Source: an uncultured Chloroflexia bacterium (GTDB lineage Bacteria; Chloroflexota; Limnocylindria; Limnocylindrales; CSP1-4). Taken from it: DNA of 64,000 bases. Every line of letters begins with the position of its first letter. Position 1 is the first letter of the stretch. Where the stretch lies: assembly GCA_963844945.1 (NCBI GenBank), contig CAWJQZ010000033.1, positions 75,680 to 139,679 of the forward strand, written 5' to 3'. Shown here piece after piece: positions 20,566-28,892 of the stretch. The position numbers and the translations under genes are program-made. Under the pieces are notes generated by a model. The model did not search any database and was not told where the DNA came from. It worked only from the letters and a program-made list of their open reading frames with translations.

Positions 20566-21431
20566 GCGCGGGGCCGGGCGCGCGCGGGGGCGGGCAGGCA
20601 CAGGCCGTCGTCGTCCAGGCGAGCCTCGACGACCTCACATCCGCCGACGTCAGGTTCCTGCAGGAGGCGGCGCGCCTGGGGCCGCTCCACGTGCGGATCC
20701 CGTCGGACGGGCTCGTGGAGCGCGAGACGGGCCGGCCGCCGCAGGTTCCCCGTCGCGGAGCGGCGCTTCCTCGCCGCGTCGCTCCGCTGCGTGGACGCTG
20801 TGAGCGTGGTGGAGGAGCACGACGCTCGCCGCGATGGCGGACCTCGCCCGCCGGTACGCGGACGCTCGTGGTGCGCGAGGGCGCCGCCGCGCCGGCCATC
20901 CGTGACGCGGCAGCGGCGCGCATGGGCTCGCGTGCACGGTCCTCGGCCCGGCGGACCTCGCGGGCTTCCCGGCGTGGGACGCGGACGAGCAGGAGGTCCG
21001 CCCACCCGGCGCCGGGCGACCCGCCGCGCGCGATCGTCACTGGCTGCTACGACTGGCTCCACTCGGGCCACCTCCGGTTCTTCATGGACGCCGCCGCCGT
21101 GGGGGAGCTGTACGTCGTCGTGGGCAGCGACCGCAACGTGGAGCTCCTCAAGGGACCGGGCCATCCGCTCCAGCACGAGGACGAGCGGCGGTACATGGTC
21201 GGCGCCGTGCGGTCCGTCCACCGCTGCCTCGTGTCGTCGGGGTCGGGGTGGATGGACGCGGAGCCGGAGATCGCGCAGATCCGTCCGCGCTTCTACGTGG
21301 TGAACGAGGACGGCGACCAGCCGGCGAAGCGCGAGTTCTGCCTGGAGAACGGCATCGAGTACGTCGTGCTGCGGCGGCTCCCCCACCCCGGCCTGCCAGC
21401 CCGCTCGAGCACCGACCTCCGCGGCTTCTGA
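20562..21431 (+). pseudogene. Tandem cytidylyltransferase-fold (CTP_transf_like) nucleotidyltransferase with at least 4 frame switches within 20740-21030
   Basis: ATG 20562 overlaps the kinase stop (ATGA). The N-terminal domain is degenerate (VVVQASLDDLTSADVRFLQEAARLG...RFPVAERRFLAASLRCVDAVSVVEE, with no HxGH). The C-terminal domain looks catalytic (AIVTGCYDWLHSGHLRFFMDAAAVGELYVVVGSDRNVELLKG...ERRYMVGAVRSVHRCLVS...YVVNEDGD...YVVL). The middle of the gene needs all three frames. Confidence 0.6.
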
Positions 21432-21583
21432 CGGGTCGGCGCGATGGGTCGGCCGACTCTCGGGTCCTGTCACGCGTACGCGGCCGGCGCGGCGCCCCCC
21501 GCTCGTGCGCGGCCGGCTCACCATCCGTCCCCGCGGGTGTGCGACGATCGTCGAGGGATCCCCCGGGGGCTGCAGGAGCCGGC

Positions 21584-22365
21584 ATGAGTCCGTTGGTCAA
21601 CGTCGAGGTCCAGGGTCCGATCGCGTGGATCACGATCGACAGCCCGCCCGTCAACGCCATCAACGTCGCGCTCATCGACGCGCTCTCCCTCGCGCTCGAC
21701 GGCCAGTCGCCGCCGGACGTGCGGGCGGTCGTCATCCGGTCGGTGCCCGGCGCCCACATCTGGTCGGCCGGCCACGACGTCCGCGAGCTCCCGACCGACG
21801 GTCGCGACCCGCTCACGTACAACGATCCGCTCCGGCGGGTGGTCCGCCGGATCGAGACCCACCCGCTCCCGGTCATCGCGATGGTCGAGGGGTCGGTGTG
21901 GGGCGGCGCCTGCGAGCTGGTCCTCGCGTGCGACCTCGTCGTGGCGTCGAACCAGGCGACCTTCGCCCTCACTCCGGCGCGCCTCGGGCGTCCCGTACAA
22001 CCTCTCGGGCGATGCTCAACCTCATGAAGGTCGCGGACATGCACTTCGTGAAGGAGATGCTCTTCACGGCCCGGCCCGTCCACGCGGCGCGGATGGCCGC
22101 GTACGGGGTCGTGAACGCCGTGGTCCCGGTCGAGGAGCTCGAGAGCACGACTGCGGATCTCGGCGCCGCCATCGCCGCCTCGTCGCCGCTGGTCATCCGG
22201 ATCATGAAGGAGGAGCTGCGCGTCCTCGCGAACGCGCACCCGCTGACGCCGGAGGCCTACGAGCGCATCCAGGCGCAGCGGCGCGAGGTGTACGACAGCG
22301 AGGACTACCAGGAGGGGATCCACGCCTTCCTGGAGAAGCGTCGCCCCGAGTTCCACGGCACCTGA
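21584..22365 (+). pseudogene. scpB: Crotonase-family methylmalonyl-CoA decarboxylase (ScpB/YgfG-like) with two closely spaced frame switches near 21985-22015
   Basis: ATG 21584 follows GCAGGAG. IWSAGHDVRELPTDGRDPLTYNDPLRRV...MVEGSVWGGACEL is in the 21248 frame. LGVPYNLSG is in a third frame. HFVKEMLFTARP...IMKEELRVL...ERIQAQRREVYDSEDYQEGIHAFLEKRRPEF is in the 21505 frame. All of this parallels E. coli ScpB as I recall it. Confidence 0.85.
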
Positions 22366-22797
22366 GACCCGCGCGCGAGACCGGCGCATGGACGACGAGC
22401 TCCCGCCCGCGGAGCAGGCACGCGACAGGCGACGCGATCGCCGCATCAGCGCGCGCGAGCGCGAGCTGATGCGGACCGGGTCCGCCAAGGTCTTCAAGCA
22501 GATCCTCGACACGCAGGAGAAGCGGGCCCGCGACGGCGAAGGGGCCGAGGACGATGGGCCTCACGAGGACCCGGCGGGCGATCCGCACGCCGGGGAGCGG
22601 CACCGGCGACGGTCACGGCCACGGGGCCGACCGGGACCGCTGAGCCCCGGGCCGCGGGCTCGGCGGCACCTGGGGCGCCCGGAGTGCACCGGCGGCGGGG
22701 CCAATCCGCGGCCGCCGGCCCCGCGAAGGGACGGGTGCAGCGGGGGGCGCGCCTCCCGCGCGGACCAAGTCGATCCTTCCCGGAGGCATCCCCTTCC

Positions 22798-23823
22798 ATG
22801 CCGAACCCCGCCGTCCTCGCCGAGGGGCTCGCCAAGTCGTATGGCACCGTCCGCGCCCTCCAGGGCGTGGACATGGAGGTCGCTGAGGGCACCGTCCTCG
22901 GCGTCCTCGGCCCCAACGGCGCGGGCAAGACCACCGCGGTACGCATCCTCGCGACGCTCCTGCGCCCCGACGCGGGGCGCGCGACCGTCGCCGGCCACGA
23001 CGTCGTCCGCGAGCCGGACGCCGTCCGCGCGTCCATCGGCCTCACCGGCCAGTACGCCGCCGTGGACGAGAACCTCACCGGCCGCGAGAACCTCGAGCTC
23101 GTGGGCCGCCTCCTGCACCTGGGCCGGGCCGAATCCCGGACGCGCGCCGACGAGCTGCTCGCCGGGTTCGACCTCTCCGATGCCGGCGGGCGACCGGCGC
23201 GCACCTACTCCGGCGGGATGCGCCGGCGCCTCGACCTCGCCGCGTCGCTCGTGGGCCGTCCGGCCGTCCTGTTCCTCGACGAGCCCACGACCGGCCTGGA
23301 CCCGGCGTCGCGGATCGCGCTGTGGGAGGTGGTGGAGACGCTCCGTCGCGACGGCACCACCATCCTCCTCACCACGCAGTACCTCGACGAGGCCGACCGC
23401 CTCGCCGACCGGATCGCGGTCATCGACGGCGGGCGCGTCATCGCCGAGGGGACCTCCACCGAGCTGAAGGACCGGCTGGGCGAGGACGTGGTGGACCTGC
23501 GCGTCGCCGACGCGTCCCGCACGGATGACGCCCTGGGCCTGCTCCGGGACCTGGCCGCGACCGAGCCGCGCGCCGACGTCGCGTCCGGACGGATCTCCCT
23601 CCCCGTCCACCATGGCGCAGGGATCCTCGCGGAGGTCGTCCGCCGGATCGACGGAGCCGGGCTCGAGGTCGCCGAGCTGTCGCTCCACCGGCCCAGCCTG
23701 GATGACGTCTTCCTCGCCCTCACCGGCCGGAGCGCCGAGGCCGCGGAGGCCGCGGCGGCGGAGGCCGCACCCACGCGGCGCCGGTTCGGGCGTCGCCGCA
23801 GCTCCACGGAGGCCGCCGCATGA
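22798..23823 (+). CDS. ABC transporter ATP-binding protein (DrrA-like, ABC-2 exporter type)
   Basis: ATG 22798 follows CGGAGG. It has Walker A GPNGAGKTT, the signature YSGGMRRRLDLA and Walker B LFLDEPTTGLD, plus the C-terminal extension typical of DrrA-type ATPases. Confidence 0.9.
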   Translation: MPNPAVLAEGLAKSYGTVRALQGVDMEVAEGTVLGVLGPNGAGKTTAVRILATLLRPDAGRATVAGHDVVREPDAVRASIGLTGQYAAVDENLTGRENLELVGRLLHLGRAESRTRADELLAGFDLSDAGGRPARTYSGGMRRRLDLAASLVGRPAVLFLDEPTTGLDPASRIALWEVVETLRRDGTTILLTTQYLDEADRLADRIAVIDGGRVIAEGTSTELKDRLGEDVVDLRVADASRTDDALGLLRDLAATEPRADVASGRISLPVHHGAGILAEVVRRIDGAGLEVAELSLHRPSLDDVFLALTGRSAEAAEAAAAEAAPTRRRFGRRRSSTEAAA

Positions 23824-24632
23824 GCGCCGCGATCGCCACCCGGTCGGCCCGGACGCCGTCCATCCGCCGGACCCCCACCTGGATCTTCACCGACTCCGTC
23901 AGCATCGCGTGGCGGAACATGCTCGCGGTCGTCCGCAACCCGCAGCTGCTCGTCATCGACACGGTGACGCCGATCATGTTCGTGCTGCTGTTCGCCTTCG
24001 TGTTCGGCGGCGCGATCAACGTCCCCGGCGGCTCGTACATCACCTTCCTCATGCCCGGGATCTTCGTCCAGACCGTCGTCTTCGGCGGGACCAACACCGC
24101 CGTCGGGCTCGCGGAGGACCTCCAGAAGGGCGTGATCGACCGGTTCCGGTCGCTGCCCATGGCCCCGTCCGCCGTGATGATCGGAAGGACGTTCGCCGAC
24201 CTCCTCCGCAACATCTACGTCGTCGCGATCATGACGGTCGTGGGCCTCGCGATCGGGTTCCGACCGACGGGCAGCCCGGCCGAGATCTTCCTCGCCCTCG
24301 CCCTCGTGGCGGCCTTCGGCTACGCGATCAGCTGGCTCTCTGCGAACGTCGGCCTGCGGGCGAAGTCCGCTGCAGCCGCGCAGGGCGCGATCTTCCTGCC
24401 GATCTTCCCCCTCACGTTCGTCTCGTCGGCCTTCGTGCCGATCGCGACGATGCCGACCTGGCTCCAGCCGATCGCCGAGGCGAACCCGGTGACGGTCGTC
24501 GTCAACGCCTCGCGCGGCCTCTTCCTCGGCGTCGCGGACGTGGGGATGGTGCTCGGCGCCGTGGCGTGGATCGTCGGACTCGTCGCGGTCTTCGCTCCGC
24601 TCGCGATCTGGAGCTACCGCAAGGCGCGCTGA
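23820..24632 (+). CDS. ABC-2 type transporter permease (DrrB-like)
   Basis: ORF 23820..24632, overlapping the ATPase stop (ATGA). It is a six-TM-like hydrophobic profile of ~270 aa. Confidence 0.85.
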   Translation: MSAAIATRSARTPSIRRTPTWIFTDSVSIAWRNMLAVVRNPQLLVIDTVTPIMFVLLFAFVFGGAINVPGGSYITFLMPGIFVQTVVFGGTNTAVGLAEDLQKGVIDRFRSLPMAPSAVMIGRTFADLLRNIYVVAIMTVVGLAIGFRPTGSPAEIFLALALVAAFGYAISWLSANVGLRAKSAAAAQGAIFLPIFPLTFVSSAFVPIATMPTWLQPIAEANPVTVVVNASRGLFLGVADVGMVLGAVAWIVGLVAVFAPLAIWSYRKAR

Positions 24633-24726
24633 GAGATCCGATGCGACCCCGCCGGAGAGGCGGATCGGACCCGGGCGGGCGGCGGACGAGGTCGTAGGCC
24701 CGCGCGGTCGCTGGTGCGGGTCCCGC

Positions 24727-25821
24727 CTACGGCGTCGGCGCCGCCCCCGGGAAGACCTGGCCGAACACCCCGTAGCGATCCACGGGGGTCGTCGGGTCGA
24801 ACATGTCGGGCGACCCGAGAAGCTCGAAGTAGCCCAGCCCGGCGTAACTCCCGGAACCCGTGTACCACATCGCGATGACGTCCCCGCCGTCGTCCAGGAT
24901 GCCCGAGCCGGTGCCCTGCCATGAGCCGTCCCCAGCCTCGAGGCGTGTGGGACCCCACTGCGTGCCGATCCCGAAGGAGTCGCCGGTCGCGCCCGTGAAG
25001 TGCGTCGTCCAGGACGGGGCGAGGTACGTTCCGCTGACACGGGGGTCGTTGACCTGGTCGATGCCCGCGTAGGTGTTGGTCCCGATGTCGACGTAGGTGT
25101 ACGCCGAGGTCCCCTCGACCACGCTCACCGGCCCGTAGGCGATCGCCGCGGGCGTCGCAGACGGGATGGGTACGGGAGTGTCCGAGGCGTTCGATGACGG
25201 CACGGGGCCGGTGACGGGCGGGAGGCCCGCCAGTTCCGGGGGATCGCCGGGGAAGATCAGGCCCCGTATCGCGTAGGGCTCCATGCCGGACCGCATCTCG
25301 AAGTAGCCGAGGCCGGCGTAACCGCCCGTCCCCTTGTACCAGGAGACGACGATGTCCCCGCGATCCGATGAGTAGACGCCGGAGCCCGTGCCCTCCCAGG
25401 CGCCGCCGGCGTTCTCGAGGCGCAGCGTTCCCCACTGGACGGCCGCGCCGTCGGTCGGGCCCGACCCCCAGACGCGCAGCGTCCACGGGCTCGACGTCGC
25501 CGTGCCGCTGACGCGGGGGTCGTCGGTCGACGCGGTGCACGCCAGGTCCGTGGTGATGACGCTCTCCTCGTCGGGATCCTTCCACCACATGTCGGCCAGG
25601 CCCACGCAGGTGGCCGTACCGGCGACCGGGGTGTCGTCCGCGACCACGGCCGGCGTCGCCGATGCCGTGGACGCCGGGGGAGCCGTCGCCAGTGGAGCGA
25701 CGCTCGCAGGGGCAGGTGTCGCCGGCGACGGAGCGACGGTCGCCTCAGCGCCACATCCGCTCAGCACGCCCACCATAGCCAGACCAGCGAGGAGCCGCGT
25801 CGTCGAGGACCGCCCGCGCAT
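24727..25821 (-). CDS. Lipoprotein of unknown function containing two tandem copies of an unrecognised ~140-aa domain
   Basis: The internal start ATG 25821 gives MRGRSSTTRLLAGLAMVGVLSGC (lipobox LSGC). Repeat 1 is DDPRVSGTATSSPWTLRVWG...QWGTLRLENAGGAWEGTGSGVYSSDRGDIVVSWYKGTGGYAGLGYFEM...LIFPGDPP. Repeat 2 is NDPRVSGTYLAPSWTTHFTG...QWGPTRLEAGDGSWQGTGSGILDDGGDVIAMWYTGSGSYAGLGYFEL...QVFPGAAP. Confidence 0.75.
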   Translation of the reverse strand: MRGRSSTTRLLAGLAMVGVLSGCGAEATVAPSPATPAPASVAPLATAPPASTASATPAVVADDTPVAGTATCVGLADMWWKDPDEESVITTDLACTASTDDPRVSGTATSSPWTLRVWGSGPTDGAAVQWGTLRLENAGGAWEGTGSGVYSSDRGDIVVSWYKGTGGYAGLGYFEMRSGMEPYAIRGLIFPGDPPELAGLPPVTGPVPSSNASDTPVPIPSATPAAIAYGPVSVVEGTSAYTYVDIGTNTYAGIDQVNDPRVSGTYLAPSWTTHFTGATGDSFGIGTQWGPTRLEAGDGSWQGTGSGILDDGGDVIAMWYTGSGSYAGLGYFELLGSPDMFDPTTPVDRYGVFGQVFPGAAPTP

Positions 25822-26135
25822 TCCGACCCCCTGGGATGCCCATCCTGCCGGTCCGTCTCGCCCGTGGCTCGGCGCGGCCCCGGCGGCAGGCATCGGGGCC
25901 GTGCGTCACAGCTGCCCCGCGTCGAGCGCGACGATGTGCGTCACGCCGCGGGCCGCAAGTGCCGGAGGTCGTCGCCAACGGCGCGGAGGCTGCCGCGCGC
26001 GGCACCGGACCGCCCACCAGGGGTCCCCGTACCCAGACGGGCCGCGGGGTCGGCGCGCGGACCCGGACCGACCGCCCTGCTTCGTCCCGAGCTGCCGACC
26101 GGCATGGGCGACGTGACGACACGGCCGGATCCGCG

Positions 26136-27950
26136 TCAGCCTCCGTTCAGCGCCGAGATCGTGACCCAGACCGAGCCGTCGGGAGCCACCGCCACGCCCG
26201 CCGCGCGCCCGCCCACGTCGATGGTGCGCAGCACCGCGAGCGACGATGGGTCGAGCGCGAGCACCTGGTGGCCGTCGCCGTTCGCGACGTACACGCCGCT
26301 CGCGTCCACGGCGATGCCGGTGAGCGTCGGGGCGACCGTCGCCGCCACCGGCGTCACCGACGGCTCGCCCACGCGCGCGACCTGGCCGGCGGCATAGGCG
26401 ACCCAGAGGTCGCCGTCGAACGATGCGAGGCCGGTGGCGGGGCCGGAGGCGCCGGTCGGGGTCACGTGGGTCGTCATGCCGCTGTCGCGGTCGAAGGCGG
26501 ACAGTGCGGGCGAATCCACGTGCGACGCCCAGATCGTCGGCCCGACGAAGGCCATGGGGCCGGTCCCCGGGAAGGGGTGGGCGGAGGGGGTGAGCGAGAG
26601 ACAGACGGTCGTTCCGGCGTAGTAGCCGGAGTTGCACACCATCCGGACCAAGTCGACCGCCGGGTCGATCTGGACGACCGATCCCTTCGGGCGCTGCAGG
26701 AAGACCGACGCGTTCGCAGTGCGCTTGTATAGCGGATCCCTCACGAGCTGGCCCGTGTGCCGGTTCGAGACCCAGACGTGGCCCTGGTCCTCCGCGATGC
26801 CCGCGTACTCTCCCGTCGCGTCCGTGAACCAGTAGATCAACCGGGGCGTCGGGAACAGGTCCTGCAGCCGTGCGAGGTCGTCAGCAGAGATGAACCCCTC
26901 GCCCTCGCCGGGGAGCTTGTCGGTCCCAAGGACCGCCGCGGTGGCGAGGTCGATGGTCGTGAGGAGGCCGTCGGGGCCATCGAGGACGTGGAGGGCGTCC
27001 GTGCCGGCGGACATCGCCGTGACGGGGTCGGCGCTCGCGCCCCCGACGCCGACGGTGGCGAAGGCGACGCCGGTGGAGGCATCGAGCGCGGTGACCGTCC
27101 GGTCGCCCGCGTTCGCGACCCACATCCGCCCGGCGGCCGACAGGATGAGCGACGGATCCCGCCCCGTCGGGTACGCGGCGACGACGCAGCCGCGCGCGGG
27201 GTCGATCCGCGCGACGACGTCCGCGGTGTCGGGGCCGAGGACGAGGCAGTCCACGGGGCGTGTGACCGTCCAGGCGGCGGCGCCCGCGACGAGGAGGACG
27301 ACCGCGGCGGCGACGGCGAGCACGGCCCGCCGGCGATGCGCCGCGAGCCGGCGGCGGAGGTGCGCCAGCCTGCTCGCAGGGACGGCCTCCACCCGGTAGA
27401 GGGCGACCCCGCCGTGGATCCCCTTGAGCGGCTGGGTCCCGAGGGGCACGAACCCATACGGGAGCATCGTCCGGGTGATCGCGCGGACGGTGTCGGTGAC
27501 GAGGACCTCGCCCGCCTGGGCTCTCGCGCACACCCGGGCGGCGATGTTCACCGCACCGCCGACGGGGCCCTCCCCCGTGGCGATCGTCTCGCCCGCGTGG
27601 ATCCCGACCCCGACGTGCATCGGCCGCTCGGCGGTGCTCGCGGCCCCCGCGGCGTCGACGATCGCGAGCCCCGCCTCGACCGCCGCCGACGCGGTGGGGA
27701 AGACGACGTAGACGCTGTCGCCCTCGGTGCGGATCTCGGCGCCCGCGTGGCTCGCGACCGCGGCGCGGACGAGGGCGCGGTACGTCGCGAGCAGCTCCGC
27801 CGCGGCGTGGTCGCCGTGCGCGTCGACGAAGGCCGCGTACCCGCGCAGGTCGCAGAAGAGAAAGCCGTTCGTCCCCGCCGAGCCGGTCGCCACGTCGGCC
27901 CCCCGTGCAGGGCGCGCGGACCGCGCGCCCCGGTGTCGTGCCGCGAGCAT
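26136..27950 (-). CDS. Membrane-anchored class III adenylate/guanylate cyclase with an extracytoplasmic beta-propeller-like domain
   Basis: Internal ATG 27950 of ORF 26136..28772. The cyclase homology domain reads FLFCDLRGYAAFVDAHGD...EIRTEGDSVYVVFP...VGVGIHAGETI...GGAVNIAARVCARAQAGEVLVTDTV. It is followed by one TM helix (AVLAVAAAVVLLVAGAAAW), then ~380 aa of repeats such as MWVANAGDRTVTALD, VWVSNRHTGQLV, LWVAYAAGQVARV, VYVANGDGHQVLALD and VWVT, which look YVTN/NHL-like. Confidence 0.85.
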   Translation of the reverse strand: MLAARHRGARSARPARGADVATGSAGTNGFLFCDLRGYAAFVDAHGDHAAAELLATYRALVRAAVASHAGAEIRTEGDSVYVVFPTASAAVEAGLAIVDAAGAASTAERPMHVGVGIHAGETIATGEGPVGGAVNIAARVCARAQAGEVLVTDTVRAITRTMLPYGFVPLGTQPLKGIHGGVALYRVEAVPASRLAHLRRRLAAHRRRAVLAVAAAVVLLVAGAAAWTVTRPVDCLVLGPDTADVVARIDPARGCVVAAYPTGRDPSLILSAAGRMWVANAGDRTVTALDASTGVAFATVGVGGASADPVTAMSAGTDALHVLDGPDGLLTTIDLATAAVLGTDKLPGEGEGFISADDLARLQDLFPTPRLIYWFTDATGEYAGIAEDQGHVWVSNRHTGQLVRDPLYKRTANASVFLQRPKGSVVQIDPAVDLVRMVCNSGYYAGTTVCLSLTPSAHPFPGTGPMAFVGPTIWASHVDSPALSAFDRDSGMTTHVTPTGASGPATGLASFDGDLWVAYAAGQVARVGEPSVTPVAATVAPTLTGIAVDASGVYVANGDGHQVLALDPSSLAVLRTIDVGGRAAGVAVAPDGSVWVTISALNGG

Positions 27951-28131
27951 CCGCCGTGCCGGAACGGTGCTACAAGGGCCGGATGGCGTGGCCGGGGGAC
28001 GGGGGTCGGCGCCAGGAGACGAGCAATTCCCCCGCCAGGCAGGGCGCGTCGGTCTCCTCCAGCCGCGGAAGCGTATCCACGGAGTCCCGGATGAGGCAGC
28101 CATGGTCGGGTCGAGCGCGGACCCGACCGCC

Positions 28132-28772
28132 TCAACCCGCGAGCGCCGCCGCGATCGCGTCCGCGAACCCGCCGAGCCCCTTGCGCGTGCAGACCGCCGT
28201 CCGCCCGTGCCGGGCGGACCCCGTGTACAGGTCCGACACCGTGTGCGCGAGGCGCGTGGGCGCCCAGATGACGACGACGTCCGCCCACGCGATGTCCGCC
28301 CGGGTGGCAGCTCGGTGCGACGGGCCGTGCCGTCCACGAAGCGCCACTCGATGCCGCCGGGGCTCGCATCGTCGCGCTGCCATCGCGCATCGCCGCCGAG
28401 GATCTCGTCCCGGTGGCTCGGCGCCCCGCCCACCACCACGATACGGCGCGCCCCGCTCGCGAGGCAGGCGGCGTGGATGCGTGCGCGCGCCCGCTCGTTC
28501 GCGGAGCCGCCGCAGACGCAGCACCGATGGGCGCCGACGTGGACCACGGACCCTCCGCGCAGGCGCGGCGCCATCACGTCGCACTCCGCCTGGCCACACG
28601 TGAGCGCGAGGGCGTCGTCCAGGAACGGGCGGACGACCCCCAGCGTCGCGCCGTCGACCCCGTCGTCCACGAGCAGCCCCGCGCGGTCCAGGACGACGCG
28701 CATCACGGGGGTCGCCGCGACGGGGTCGAGGTGGAGCTCCCGTGCGAGCCGGGCCAGGGGGACGACGTTCAC
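28132..28772 (-). pseudogene. Cys-rich (putative zinc-ribbon) DUF2325-like protein with one frame switch near 28300
   Basis: The N-terminus is in ORF 26136..28772 (MNVVPLARLARELHLD...LTCGQAECDV...HVGAHRCCVCGGSANERARARIHAACLASGARRIVVVGGAPSHRDEI...IEWRFVDG). The C-terminus is in the 28132..29250 frame (DIAWADVVVIWAPTRLAHTVSDLYTGSARHGRTAVCTRKGLGGFADAIAAALAG). The pattern VVGG...aDvVvv.t..vsH matches my recollection of DUF2325. The gene lies directly upstream of the cyclase. Confidence 0.5.
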
Positions 28773-28892
28773 CCACCGATGGTAGTGGTCGCGGCCGCCT
28801 CCCCGACATCGGGGATGCCGCCGTGCCGTCGGGGCGACGTCGCCTGGCCCTGCTCGCGGCCCGCCGCGCCCGCAGCGGGCAAGAATTCCCGC

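Noticed and set aside
22388-22643. A possible small ORF (MDDELPPAEQARDRRRDRRISARERELMRTGSAKVFKQILDTQEKRARDGEG...) between the crotonase and the ABC exporter.
   Set aside because: The first ~55 residues look protein-like. However, the ORF as given runs on out of frame through the ABC ATPase gene, a plausible end (TGA 22641-22643) requires yet another frame switch, and I recognise no family. The support is insufficient to list it as a feature.
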